Shown here: positions 43,639 to 53,353 of the stretch, piece after piece | Position numbering within the stretch: position 1 is the first letter of the stretch | Layout of the letters: each line of letters starts with the position of its first letter | Assembly: GCA_002919195.1 (NCBI GenBank) | Contig: PKEU01000188.1 | Location: 1 to 62,693 of the forward strand | Origin: a bacterium | GTDB lineage: Bacteria; Bacillota; Limnochordia; DTU080; RSA5 | DNA length: 62,693 bases | Direction of reading: 5' to 3' | The notes under the pieces: model-generated | What the model was told of the DNA's origin: nothing | What the model saw: the letters and a program-made list of their open reading frames with translations, nothing else | Databases searched by the model: none | Position numbers and translations under genes: made by a program

Positions 43639-44390
43639 TCCGCAACGACGCCCCGCACGAGCCCGCGCCGACGCAGCCGTCCGTGGCCCAGCCCCTCGTC
43701 GCTTCGCTGCGGGGCGTCTGGAAAGTGTACAACCCGGGCTCGCCTGGAGAGGTGACCGCCCTCGCCGGCATCGACCTCGACATTTCGGCCGGCGAGAGCG
43801 TCGCTCTGGTAGGCCCTTCGGGTTGCGGCAAATCGACGCTCCTTGCGATCCTCGGCCTCCTCGACCGGCCGACCCAAGGCAGCGTGACGATCGCCGGCAG
43901 CGAGGTGTCGCAGGCTAGCCGCCGATCCCTCCCCGTCCTTCGCAACCGTTACATCGGCTTCGTCTTTCAGCACCACCACCTGCTTCCCACCTTGACCGCC
44001 GCGGAAAACGTCGCCGTGCCCCTGAGGCTCCAAGGACGAAGCCGCGCCGAGGCGTTAAAGGCCGCCGGCCGCTGGCTCGACCGTCTCGGGCTCAGCCACC
44101 GCCGCAACCACCTTCCCGAACAGCTTTCCGGAGGCGAACGCCAGCGGGTCGCCGTCGCCCGGGCCCTGGTCTCGAAACCCGTCCTTCTCCTCGCGGACGA
44201 ACCCACCGGCGAGCTCGACTCCACCAACGCCGAAAAGCTGGTGGAACTCCTGCTTTCGCTCCATCGCGAGCTCGGCCAGACCCTCGTCGTCGCCACCCAC
44301 GATCCCCAGCTCGCCGCCCGCTGCCACCGCCTTCTCGAGCTGAAAGACGGCCGCATCGTCGCGGAACGTGCGGCATCCCACCCCGAATGA
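43635..44390 (+). CDS. ABC transporter ATP-binding protein (LolD/MacB-ATPase/FtsE-like), with no adjacent permease
   Basis: GPSGCGKSTLL (Walker A), LSGGERQRVAVARAL (signature), [12 protein letters not shown] (Walker B). The GTG overlaps the rhomboid TGA (GTGA). Confidence 0.8.
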   Translation: MIRNDAPHEPAPTQPSVAQPLVASLRGVWKVYNPGSPGEVTALAGIDLDISAGESVALVGPSGCGKSTLLAILGLLDRPTQGSVTIAGSEVSQASRRSLPVLRNRYIGFVFQHHHLLPTLTAAENVAVPLRLQGRSRAEALKAAGRWLDRLGLSHRRNHLPEQLSGGERQRVAVARALVSKPVLLLADEPTGELDSTNAEKLVELLLSLHRELGQTLVVATHDPQLAARCHRLLELKDGRIVAERAASHPE

Positions 44391-44527
44391 CGCGCCGATC
44401 CCCCGAAGCATCGCTGATCATCCGCCGGCGGGCACAGACCCACCGGCCGCATTGACGAGGAAAGCCTTGGGTACGCTAGCACCAGGACACATCCCCACAT
44501 CTACTCCTAAATGGGAGGTCGATCAGG

Positions 44528-45604
44528 ATGGCCAAGGAGAAGAAGCGGCGTTCCCGGCCCAAGCGAAACCCCCATGACCCCGGCCTTGAAGCGAGCCGCC
44601 GGACCAAGCAGCCCAATCTTGCCAAATCCACCGACATCGAAGCCGGCGCCGAACTCGCCCCCACCAGCGCCCATCCGTTCGGCCACGCCGTCAACCCCGC
44701 GACGGGGTATGTGGACGCGATTACCGGAAACGACGTCGACGCGCTCACCGCTGCCGACTTGGAGGCCGGCGCCTCTGCCGCGACAAGCCCAGAGACGGAA
44801 ACTGGATCCCACGACTTCACCGGCGCTCACGACTCTCACGACGCTTACGGCGCCATCGACGCCTCCAGCTCTCCCGGCGTCCTTGACTCCTTGGACTCCG
44901 CCGGCTCCGCCGACCCACACAACGCCTTGAGCCCATCTACGGACGACATGGAAGCAGCCTCGGAAGAACTGGGCCCAGCACCCGGCGTGTGGGTCTTTCC
45001 CAAGTTGGAGATCCCCGTGCGCCGGCGAAGCGGGCTCACCGAAGCACAAGCCTTCTTCGAGTTCACCCGCCGCTTTTCCGGTTATACAGGTCCTCAGGGC
45101 GCGATGACCAGCGCATCCGGCGAGCATGCCGGAGGCACAGCCAGCGCAGGGAGCACGCCCCAGGCGGGCGGAACAACGCTCCCGGCGGCCGGAGAGCCCC
45201 TCCAGGACGCGCCGACCATAGACGACACGTCCAATCTGGAAAACGCAGCGAACGCGCCTCCTACTGTGGAGCGCCAAGAGAACCAGGAGGACCAGGAGAA
45301 CCTGGAAAACGCGCAGATCGAAACAAGCTTGCAGAATAGCTTGCAGGACGCTGAGAATGCTCCTGCCGTGGAGGACGGGAAAGAGGACCGGAGAGACGCA
45401 GAGAGCGTCGTCAGCGTAGGGAGCGTGGAAGGCGTAGGCAATGTAGCAAGCGTCGATGACGCAGCACGCCTAGAAAGCACAGGCGGTGTCGAAAGCGCGC
45501 CGGACGAAGACAGCCCCTCCGGCAGTCCAGACACAATCAACGAAACAGACGAGGAAGCCACGCGCCACACGGGTAGCGACGAGACGCAGCGGGAGCTCCA
45601 TTAG
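44528..45604 (+). CDS. Highly acidic low-complexity protein with a basic N-terminus (unknown function)
   Basis: GGGAGG SD with 8-nt spacing. Third codon positions are strongly GC-rich. MAKEKKRRSRPKRNP... is followed by D/E/S/A/G-rich sequence lacking hydrophobic segments. Confidence 0.6.
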   Translation: MAKEKKRRSRPKRNPHDPGLEASRRTKQPNLAKSTDIEAGAELAPTSAHPFGHAVNPATGYVDAITGNDVDALTAADLEAGASAATSPETETGSHDFTGAHDSHDAYGAIDASSSPGVLDSLDSAGSADPHNALSPSTDDMEAASEELGPAPGVWVFPKLEIPVRRRSGLTEAQAFFEFTRRFSGYTGPQGAMTSASGEHAGGTASAGSTPQAGGTTLPAAGEPLQDAPTIDDTSNLENAANAPPTVERQENQEDQENLENAQIETSLQNSLQDAENAPAVEDGKEDRRDAESVVSVGSVEGVGNVASVDDAARLESTGGVESAPDEDSPSGSPDTINETDEEATRHTGSDETQRELH

Positions 45605-45628
45605 CCCGCGCCGCTTCTCACAAACCCG

Positions 45629-46906
45629 TCACGCCATAAGGAGCTTGCGCGCCCGCTCGACGACGGTTTCAGGGACGTAGATGTTGACCGCCACCTTGGG
45701 GCCCATCGATAGCGCCCGCATGGTGGGCGAGAGGCGGGTGATCTCCTGGGGCCTTCCCATCTCGTCGAGGACGAGGATGGGCTTCTTTCGTTTCCCGGTC
45801 AACTCGGGCTCGTAAAGGTCGTATGCGGCGCCGGAGACGTCGTCGACAGCCAGGTAGTACTCGGGCGGCCAGCCCTCCTCCACGAGGAGCGCCGCCACCT
45901 CGGAGAGCCGCTCCCGGGGAATGCTGGTGGGATGCACCTTGTACACTGGCTTGAAAAGGCGGCGCTCGAGAAACCGGCGGGCAAGATCAGCCAGGATCCA
46001 GTCGCTGGCGCCGGCCCACACTTTCGCTGCGTAGATCACGTCGTGGTCGTCGACGGCCAAATATTCACCCAGCCCGGGCCGCCCCTGAAGCAGAGGCAGG
46101 AGCGTCGGCGGCACGTTGCCCTCGCGCAGGCGCCCGTCTTTCCAAAGATCGACGGCCCGCTGCCACATCCGGGCCAGCACCACCTCTTGGCTGCGGGTCG
46201 TCTTGTGCAGGTACACCTGCCAGTACATGAAGTAGCGGGCCAACAGGTACTCCTCCACGGCCCCGATCCCTTTCGCCGTTGAGACGACCTGCTCCCCCTC
46301 GACCAGCAGGGTGTTGATCAGCCGCTGCAGGTCAAACTGCCCGTAGGTTACGCCCGTGTAAAGGGAATCGCGCAAAAGGTAATCCATCCGGTCGACGTCG
46401 AGCTGGCTCGAGACGAGATCGCTGATAAAGACAGGGCCGGTGAAATCCCCCGAGATGACCGACGCGACCAGCTCGGGCAGCTGCGGGTGCTCCTTGGCTA
46501 AAGCGCGGTGAACTGCCGTCGGTTCGAGGAGGATGCGGATGGTCCAATCCTCGTGGGTGAGGCCGGGAGTGAGCAGCCCTTCCAGGGCATGGGAAAAGGG
46601 CCCGTGGCCGATGTCGTGCAACAGCGCGGCGGCCCTTGCCACCGTGACCATGAGGTCGTCCACGACGACGCCGATGTTGCGAAACCGGTCCAAGATCTTG
46701 GTCATGATCCACAGCGCGCCCAGGGAGTGCCCAAAGCGGGAGTGCTCCGCGCCGTGATAGGTGCCGTAGGAGGCGCCGAGCTGGCGGATCCGCCTCAGCC
46801 TCTGAAACTCAGGGGTATCGACCAGCTCCAAAAAGAGAGGCTGGCGCAACGTGATGAAGTCGTGAACCGGATCGCGATACGATTGCTCCCGTTCGTAGGC
46901 CGCCAC
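45629..46906 (-). CDS. HD-domain phosphohydrolase (SAMHD1/dGTPase-like family)
   Basis: RDPVHDFITL...EFQRLRRIRQLG...HSRFGHSLG...ALLHDIGHGPFSH...DVDRMDYLLRDS. Confidence 0.8.
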   Translation of the reverse strand: MAAYEREQSYRDPVHDFITLRQPLFLELVDTPEFQRLRRIRQLGASYGTYHGAEHSRFGHSLGALWIMTKILDRFRNIGVVVDDLMVTVARAAALLHDIGHGPFSHALEGLLTPGLTHEDWTIRILLEPTAVHRALAKEHPQLPELVASVISGDFTGPVFISDLVSSQLDVDRMDYLLRDSLYTGVTYGQFDLQRLINTLLVEGEQVVSTAKGIGAVEEYLLARYFMYWQVYLHKTTRSQEVVLARMWQRAVDLWKDGRLREGNVPPTLLPLLQGRPGLGEYLAVDDHDVIYAAKVWAGASDWILADLARRFLERRLFKPVYKVHPTSIPRERLSEVAALLVEEGWPPEYYLAVDDVSGAAYDLYEPELTGKRKKPILVLDEMGRPQEITRLSPTMRALSMGPKVAVNIYVPETVVERARKLLMA

Positions 46907-47027
46907 GCGCTCACCTCCCGGGCCTCACGCCCCCGGCGCTACGTACCGCCGGGTCCATGTCAAGCTCCTTCTTGCTCCTGCTTCGCTTTCGGCCACCGAT
47001 TCCTTCCCCAAGACACGACCACTGTCC

Positions 47028-47777
47028 TCAAGGCAGCGGGTCAAAGCCGCCCGTCACCCACAAGACGTGGCCCGTCACATAGGAAGCTTCGTCCGACACC
47101 AGAAACGCCACCGCTTTGGCCACGTCATCCCCGCTGCCAAAGCGCCCGAGCGGGATCCGGGCCAGCAAAGCCTCCCGCTCCTCGGGTGAAAACGCGCCGT
47201 TCATCCCTGTGTCGATCACCCCGGGAGCGACCGCGTTGACCGTGATGCCCGCGCGGGCGGTCTCCTTAGCCAAAGCCTTCGTCAGGCCGGTGAGCCCAGC
47301 TTTCGCCGCTGAATAGGCAACTTCGCCCGCCGCGCCCACCTCTCCCCAAATCGAGCCGACCATCACGATTCTGCCCCAACCCTGGCGGATCATATCCGGC
47401 AGGGCCTGCCGGGCGACGGAAAAGGCCGACGCCAGGTGCAAGTCGAGGAGGTGGCGCAGGTCTTCGTCGCCGGTGTCGGCGACCAGCCGGTAAAACTCGA
47501 CCCCTGCGGCATGCACCATGATGTCGATCTTCCCCAGAGCTTCCCGGGCCTTTTCCACCAAGAGCCTTGGGCCGTCCCGCCGGGTGAGGTCGGCGCCAAC
47601 AGCGACGCCCCAGCCTCCCGCGTCCCTGACGGACGCCACGACCGCCTCGGCTTTCTCACGGTGCCGATGATACCCCACCGCGACCCGGGCGCCGAGCCCA
47701 GCGAGGCGCAGGGCGATCGCGCCGCCGATGCCGCCCGAACCCCCGGTGATCACGGCGCATTTCCCAGCCAGCTTCAA
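47028..47777 (-). CDS. SDR family oxidoreductase (FabG-like)
   Basis: (M)KLAGKCAVITGGSGGIGGAIA...YSAAKAG...PG cofactor and catalytic motifs. The TTG at 47777 follows GAGGAGG and overlaps the upstream stop. Confidence 0.8.
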   Translation of the reverse strand: MKLAGKCAVITGGSGGIGGAIALRLAGLGARVAVGYHRHREKAEAVVASVRDAGGWGVAVGADLTRRDGPRLLVEKAREALGKIDIMVHAAGVEFYRLVADTGDEDLRHLLDLHLASAFSVARQALPDMIRQGWGRIVMVGSIWGEVGAAGEVAYSAAKAGLTGLTKALAKETARAGITVNAVAPGVIDTGMNGAFSPEEREALLARIPLGRFGSGDDVAKAVAFLVSDEASYVTGHVLWVTGGFDPLP

Positions 47778-48826
47778 CCTTGGACCTCCTCGAGCCTCTC
47801 GCCGACGCCGATGCGGGCTGCGACTGCGGTGAGCACGAGCGCCAGGGCGAGCCTCGTCCCCAAAAGAAGAAACGGGTTGACGCCCAGAGGGACAAAGAGG
47901 AGCGTATCCTCGATCGCCGCATGGCAGGCGACCAGAAAGACGCACAGGAGCCTGCGGTCGCCTTGGGAAAGCCCGTTGTCCCTTGCGGCCTCCAGGATGA
48001 CGCCGGCCCCGTACGCAAGGCCAAAGACAAACCCGGCGAGCAGGGGAAACCCTGCCTGCCCCGACATGCCGAGCCAGCCCATGTAGGGTTGGATCCGCCG
48101 GGAAAGGGACTCGAGGATCCCCGCCTCTTTGAGCACCTCGATGCTCGCCATCAAGGGGATGATGATCGCGATTAACAAAGCGACGGTCTTGATCAATCCC
48201 CCGGCGGCGTCGGTGAGAACGGCCCCCACCCATTCGCCGGCGCGAGCGACCCATGCCTTTGCGGGCTCGCTCCCGCCGCCCGCGACCGCACGCTCAGCGC
48301 TGGCCGCCACAGCCTCCGGAGCGGCCACCGCGGCGTGCAGCCCGTCCGGCGCAGCGCCACCTGCCGCGCCCCCGATCGGAAGCCACGTAAAGAGCCCGTT
48401 GAGGAGCAGCGCCGCCACGATCGCGAGCCCCACCCGGTAGGCCATCACGCCCCAATAGCTTACGCCCAGGCGCTTGGTGACCGCGGTCTCGACCAACAGG
48501 TTGTGGGAAAAGCTCAACATCAGGGCTAAGATGAGGAGCTCCTGGGGCGAAAGATCCAGCGACATCATCGCCCCGATGGCCGAGTACAAACCCACCGCGT
48601 TGCCAGCCACCAAGACGACCGCCGCTTCCCCCGAAAGCCCGAGCCACCCCATCACCGGGGCAAAAGTCCGCGACAGCCAGGAGAGCGCCGGGGTGTGGCT
48701 GAGCGCCGTCACCCCGATCGAGACGGGAGCGATCACTTTGACCAGCTCCCAGCTGCTCCGTAGGCCCTTTTGCACGCCCCGGCCCGCCGCCTCGCGCCAA
48801 CGCTCCCTCAAGGCGGGGGACGTCAA
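47774..48826 (-). CDS. Nucleoside-recognition (Gate) domain membrane protein
   Basis: A polytopic membrane protein with two Gate-like halves (VKVIAPVSIGVTAL...GLSGEAAVVLVAG... / ...IIPLMASIEVLKEAG...GMSGQAGFPLLAG). Confidence 0.65.
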   Translation of the reverse strand: MTSPALRERWREAAGRGVQKGLRSSWELVKVIAPVSIGVTALSHTPALSWLSRTFAPVMGWLGLSGEAAVVLVAGNAVGLYSAIGAMMSLDLSPQELLILALMLSFSHNLLVETAVTKRLGVSYWGVMAYRVGLAIVAALLLNGLFTWLPIGGAAGGAAPDGLHAAVAAPEAVAASAERAVAGGGSEPAKAWVARAGEWVGAVLTDAAGGLIKTVALLIAIIIPLMASIEVLKEAGILESLSRRIQPYMGWLGMSGQAGFPLLAGFVFGLAYGAGVILEAARDNGLSQGDRRLLCVFLVACHAAIEDTLLFVPLGVNPFLLLGTRLALALVLTAVAARIGVGERLEEVQG

Positions 48827-49689
48827 CGCGTTTTCAACCCCGTTTTGCCAAGCTTCAGCACGTCCAGCATCTCCTGGTGGATCTTCCCGTTGGTCGCGAG
48901 AATCTGCCCGGCGTCGTACGTCAAAGGCTCGCCCCTGAGGTCGGTCACCAAGCCCCCCGCCTCTTCAACCAAGAGCCACCCGGCGGCGATATCCCACGCG
49001 TTGAGGTGCGTGTCCCAGTAGCCGTCCAGCGCGCCCCGGGCTAGGTAAGCCAGGTCGAGGGCGGCCGACCCCAACCGGCGGACCGCCTGGCACCGCTTGG
49101 AGAAGTTGACGAAATGGTCGATGTTGTCTTCCTCCGACGTGCGGATCGTATAGGGAAAGCCCGTCACCAGCATGGAGCGGTCGAGCGCTTCGACGTCTGA
49201 AACCCTGATGGGCTCTCCGTTGAGCCGGGCGCCCCGGCCCCGGATCGCCGTGTACTTTTCATCGTACGCGGGGTTGTAGATGATGCCGACCGCCATCTCG
49301 CCGTCCACTTCAACCCCGATGGAGACGGCAAACAGGGGCAGACCGTGGGCGTAGTTGGTGGTGCCGTCGATGGGATCGATCAACCACCGCACTCTGGACT
49401 CGCTCGCCCGTTCGCCGCTCTCTTCGGCGAAGATCCCGTGATCGGGAAAGTGTTTTCTCACGACCTCGATGATCTTCTCCTCCGCTTTGCGGTCGGCGTC
49501 GGTGACGAGATCGATCTCGCCCTTAAACTCCACTTTCGCCTTGCCGAAATACTCCAGCAGGATCTCTCCTGCAGCCAAAGCCGCTTCGTGAGCAACGCGC
49601 GCGAGCGCGTCCAGATCGAACGCCTCATTCGCCTGGATCTTGTTCAACGTCGTGACCTCCTGTAGCTCCTGCGAGGTGAGTCCCCGCAC
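48823..49689 (-). CDS. suhB: Inositol monophosphatase family protein
   Basis: FAEESG...WLIDPIDGTTNYAHG...WDIAAG motifs. Confidence 0.85.
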   Translation of the reverse strand: MRGLTSQELQEVTTLNKIQANEAFDLDALARVAHEAALAAGEILLEYFGKAKVEFKGEIDLVTDADRKAEEKIIEVVRKHFPDHGIFAEESGERASESRVRWLIDPIDGTTNYAHGLPLFAVSIGVEVDGEMAVGIIYNPAYDEKYTAIRGRGARLNGEPIRVSDVEALDRSMLVTGFPYTIRTSEEDNIDHFVNFSKRCQAVRRLGSAALDLAYLARGALDGYWDTHLNAWDIAAGWLLVEEAGGLVTDLRGEPLTYDAGQILATNGKIHQEMLDVLKLGKTGLKTR

Positions 49690-49763
49690 GCATGATGGCT
49701 TTCGCCGGAGGGTGCGCGCCTCCTTCAGCGGAGGCCTGCCGCGCCGGAAAGCCGCCTAGCATA

Positions 49764-49791
49764 CAAGAAAGCGCCCGTTTTCGCCGGGCGC
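49764..49791 (-). terminator. Intrinsic terminator downstream of the MacAB-type operon
   Basis: The minus strand reads GCGCCCG-gcgaaaa-CGGGCGC followed by TTTCTTG. Confidence 0.55.
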
Positions 49792-49907
49792 CCGCGCTTT
49801 TCCCACAGGCGGAAAGCCAGTCTGATATCAAGATGACCAGCACCGACATGGGCCGGTCACACCAACGGTTCACACCAACGCTTCACTGAAAGTCTCTCCC
49901 AGACAGC

Positions 49908-51122
49908 TTATTCGTACCGCAGCGCGACGACCGGATCAAGGCGCGCCGCCCGCATCGCGGGATAGACGCCAAACACGAGCCCGACCGTGACCGAAAAGCC
50001 GAGCGCGAGCATCACCGACGAAGGCAAGATCGCCGTCGGCATGCCGCTAAAGTGGGAAATGACCCGCGCTCCCACCCAGCCCAAAACAACGCCGATAAAG
50101 CCGCCCGTGACCGAAAGCAGCACAGCCTCGGCCAGAAACTGCGCGAGGAGGTCCCGCTTGAGCGCTCCCACGGCTTTTCGCAGGCCGATCTCGCGGGTCC
50201 TCTCCGTCACCGAGACCATCATGATGTTCATGATCCCGATGCCGCCCACGACGAGGGAGATGCCCCCGATCGCGGCCAGCATCACCGTAAAGGTGCCGAT
50301 GGTCTGCGTCAACGTCTCGAGGAGGGTCAGCTGGCTCGTCACCCTAAAACCGGTGGAACTGCCCGTGCGGCGAGTGAGGAAGTAGGTGATCTCGCCGATG
50401 GCCGAATTGACGTCACTCACCGAGTGGGCCTCCGCGACAAAGCTCGCGACGCGGCTCGTCCCCTGGATGCGCCGCAGCAGGGTCGTGATGGGAATGTAGA
50501 TGTTGCCGTCGTAGTTGAGAAAACCGACCTGCCCCTTCTCCTCCATGACGCCGGCGATGAGCACCGGAAAGCGCCGCCCGCTGATCGAAAGGTACACCCT
50601 CTCCCCGATGGGGTTGGTCCCGGGAAAGAGGTCCGTCGCCACATTGGCGCCGATGATGGCCACAAAGGCCTCTTCATCGACGTCCGCCTGGCGCAGGAAC
50701 CTCCCCGACGCCACCTTGTAGTTCATGACGGCGGCGTAGGCCGGTGTGACCCCCATGACGGTCACCCGCAGGTTTTCATCGCCACGGACCAAAAAACCGC
50801 TCGTCTGCTGGATGGGCACCACCCGCTTGACCGACGGAGCGATCTTTTCGATCGTCTCGCCCAGCTCCAGGGTAAAGATCTCCTCGCCGCTGGAGCTCTG
50901 CCGGCCGGCCCTTCCCACGCCAAAGCCGGGCGAGATGTTGATAATGTTGGTGCCTAAGGCAGAGATGTTTTCCGTCACCTGCTGTTGCGCCCCGGTGCCC
51001 ACGGCGATGAGGGTGATCACCGAGGCGACGCCGATGACGATCCCGAGCACCGACAAGATGGTCCGCAAGCGATTGCTGCGCAGCGCCCTGCTCGCGGTCG
51101 AAAGGATCTCCATGATCCTCAT
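49908..51122 (-). CDS. ABC transporter permease, MacB/FtsX family
   Basis: MacB_PCD-like periplasmic domain between TM1 and TM2, and a C-terminal FtsX module (...[25 protein letters not shown]...). Confidence 0.85.
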   Translation of the reverse strand: MRIMEILSTASRALRSNRLRTILSVLGIVIGVASVITLIAVGTGAQQQVTENISALGTNIINISPGFGVGRAGRQSSSGEEIFTLELGETIEKIAPSVKRVVPIQQTSGFLVRGDENLRVTVMGVTPAYAAVMNYKVASGRFLRQADVDEEAFVAIIGANVATDLFPGTNPIGERVYLSISGRRFPVLIAGVMEEKGQVGFLNYDGNIYIPITTLLRRIQGTSRVASFVAEAHSVSDVNSAIGEITYFLTRRTGSSTGFRVTSQLTLLETLTQTIGTFTVMLAAIGGISLVVGGIGIMNIMMVSVTERTREIGLRKAVGALKRDLLAQFLAEAVLLSVTGGFIGVVLGWVGARVISHFSGMPTAILPSSVMLALGFSVTVGLVFGVYPAMRAARLDPVVALRYE

Positions 51123-51805
51123 CTCACCGCGACCTCCTCGACCTCTTCGATCCGCCCGTCTCGGATGTGGATGATCCGCTCGGCGTTTTCGGCAACGTCC
51201 CGCTCGTGGGTGACGATGACCACCGTCCGCCCCTGCTCGTTGAGCTCGCGAAAGAGCGCCATGATCTCTTCACCCGTCCGGCTGTCGAGGGCGCCGGTGG
51301 GCTCGTCGGCCAAAAGGATCGCCGGATCGTTGATCAACGCCCTAGCGATGGCCACCCTCTGCTGCTGGCCGCCCGAGAGCTCCGACGGGCGGTGGGTGCG
51401 GCGCTCCGCAAGGCCCACCCGCGCCAGGGCCTCTTCGGCCAATTTGCGCCTCTGCTTTTTGGGAACACCCGCATAGAGCAGCGGCAGCTCAACGTTTTCC
51501 GTCGCGTCGAGGCCCGGAAGCAGGTTGAACTGCTGAAAGACAAAGCCGATCTCCTTGTTGCGCACCCGGGCCAGTTGATCCTCGGAAAGCTGGCTCACAT
51601 CTTGCCCGCGGATGAGAAGCTTTCCCGATGTCGGCCGGTCCAGGCAACCGATGAGGTTCATCAACGTCGACTTCCCCGAACCCGACGGCCCCATGATCGC
51701 GACGAAATCGCCTTCGGCGATGTCGAGGTCGACGCCCCGCAGCGCTTCGACGGTCACTTTGCCCAGGTGGTACACCTTGGTGAGCCCGACCGCCTGGAGG
51801 ATCAT
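51119..51805 (-). CDS. ABC transporter ATP-binding protein (MacB-type ATPase)
   Basis: [39 protein letters not shown]. Confidence 0.9.
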   Translation of the reverse strand: MILQAVGLTKVYHLGKVTVEALRGVDLDIAEGDFVAIMGPSGSGKSTLMNLIGCLDRPTSGKLLIRGQDVSQLSEDQLARVRNKEIGFVFQQFNLLPGLDATENVELPLLYAGVPKKQRRKLAEEALARVGLAERRTHRPSELSGGQQQRVAIARALINDPAILLADEPTGALDSRTGEEIMALFRELNEQGRTVVIVTHERDVAENAERIIHIRDGRIEEVEEVAVR

Positions 51806-52887
51806 CGCCCAAACAACGCCCTTCCCGCCGGGCCCGGCCCCCTAAAGCCGCCGGCGCCGCCTCCACCCGGTCCGGCGCCTCGTTGCAGCGATTCAAAGAG
51901 CATAAAGTTGTTGATGACGATCCGGTCGCCTTCTTGGAGGCCCGAGCGGATCTCGACATAGAGGCCGTCCGAAAGGCCCGTCTCCACGGCGACCGTCTCC
52001 TCGACGCCGTTGGCATTGACCCGGGTGACGAGCTGCTCCCGGCCCGATTCTACGATGGCCGAGATGGGCACCACGAGCACGTCCTGCGCGCTCGCGATGA
52101 TGATCTCCGCTTCGACGCTGAGGCCCGGCCGCAGCTGGCTGACGAGAGGGGCAATCCCCGGCTCGTCCCGGGGCACCTCCAACGTCACTTTGACCGGATA
52201 GGTCGTGGTCGCGCCCTCGGTGGACGACGGCAAGAAGTCGATCTCCTCGACGCGGCCGACAAGCGTCAGCCCGGGAATGGCATCCGGCGTGACATAGACG
52301 TCCTGGCCCACGGCGACGTGCGCCAGGTCCTTTTGATCGACCAACAGCGTCACCTGGTAGCTGCTGTCGTCAATCAGGCGGGCAACGGCTGTCTGGGCGG
52401 TGACCGACTCGCCCTCCCGCACCATCACGTCCGCCACGACGCCCGCAAAGGGCGCGACGATCGTCATCGCGCTCAGCTTTCTTTCCGCGGAAAGGAGGGC
52501 CAAGCGCCTCTCTTCGACGACGCTGGGCGGCGACTCCACTCGCGCTTGGTCGTACTCCCTCCGGGCTCTCATCACTTCCAGCCGGGCGTCGGCATCATCC
52601 AGGCGCGCGATCACATCCCCCGCAGCGACGACGTCGCCTTTCGAAACGAGAAGCTCCGTCACCCAGCTGGAAGTGCCGGCCGTCAACGTCACGTCGTCAG
52701 CGGGTTCCAGGGAGCCTGAGTAGGTGAGCGAACGAGTGATGGTTCCCCGGCCCACGGTCATCAACATCCGCTCCTGGGCGGTCGCCGCCTGCCCGGCGCC
52801 GCCTGCGGACCGGTCGCTTGCGCTCCAGGCGTAAAGAGCGCCAGCGACCACCAAAGCGGCCACGATGATCCAGAGTGATCGACGCAT
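51802..52887 (-). CDS. Periplasmic adaptor subunit (HlyD/MacA family) of the efflux pump
   Basis: Signal anchor, barrel-sandwich/lipoyl motifs ([17 protein letters not shown]), a coiled coil, beta-barrel and MP domains, and a Gly-rich tail. Confidence 0.8.
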   Translation of the reverse strand: MRRSLWIIVAALVVAGALYAWSASDRSAGGAGQAATAQERMLMTVGRGTITRSLTYSGSLEPADDVTLTAGTSSWVTELLVSKGDVVAAGDVIARLDDADARLEVMRARREYDQARVESPPSVVEERRLALLSAERKLSAMTIVAPFAGVVADVMVREGESVTAQTAVARLIDDSSYQVTLLVDQKDLAHVAVGQDVYVTPDAIPGLTLVGRVEEIDFLPSSTEGATTTYPVKVTLEVPRDEPGIAPLVSQLRPGLSVEAEIIIASAQDVLVVPISAIVESGREQLVTRVNANGVEETVAVETGLSDGLYVEIRSGLQEGDRIVINNFMLFESLQRGAGPGGGGAGGFRGPGPAGRALFGR

Positions 52888-53353
52888 CGGAAATTGTCCT
52901 CCTCCGCCCGCAGGGCTTCGCGCGGGGCGTCGAGCGCGGCCTCCTGCTTGAAGCCCTGTTTGGCGTCTTCAACAACGAGTCGACTCAAGCGCCGACAAGC
53001 ACTTTTTTCTTTTTGCGGAGACCCGATACCTTGCCTTCCTGACCGATTGAGCAGCGGGAGTTCAAGGAAAGAAGCGGATCAATACGGCGCTGCCATCAAC
53101 ACCCGACCAAACAGAACAACACCCGGCCGAACTGAACACGGCATCAAAATGATAACACAAAAACGTGTGAGAAAAATGCACGAAGGGCCGGGCAAGGGCG
53201 GGCGATATACGGCCGACGCGAGGGGGTGCGCCCCGCTTTTTCGCCCTCTGCCCTTGTCTCCGGCCCGCCGTCGACGCACATTGTGCCATCAAATCATGGA
53301 GATTGCGTGACCGAATGATGACATTTTAGTGACTACGCCCGGACCCAAGCAGC

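Noticed and set aside
45629-46906. HD/dGTPase-like protein as an anti-phage dNTP-depletion defence gene
   Set aside because: This is a single housekeeping-looking gene flanked by metabolic genes, with no defence-island context (no restriction, abortive-infection or mobile genes nearby). The claim cannot be supported from sequence alone.
47778-48254. N-terminal 159 aa of ORF 47028..48254
   Set aside because: It overlaps the Gate-domain membrane protein gene out of frame. SDR homology starts at the TTG at 47777, which has a GAGGAGG SD.
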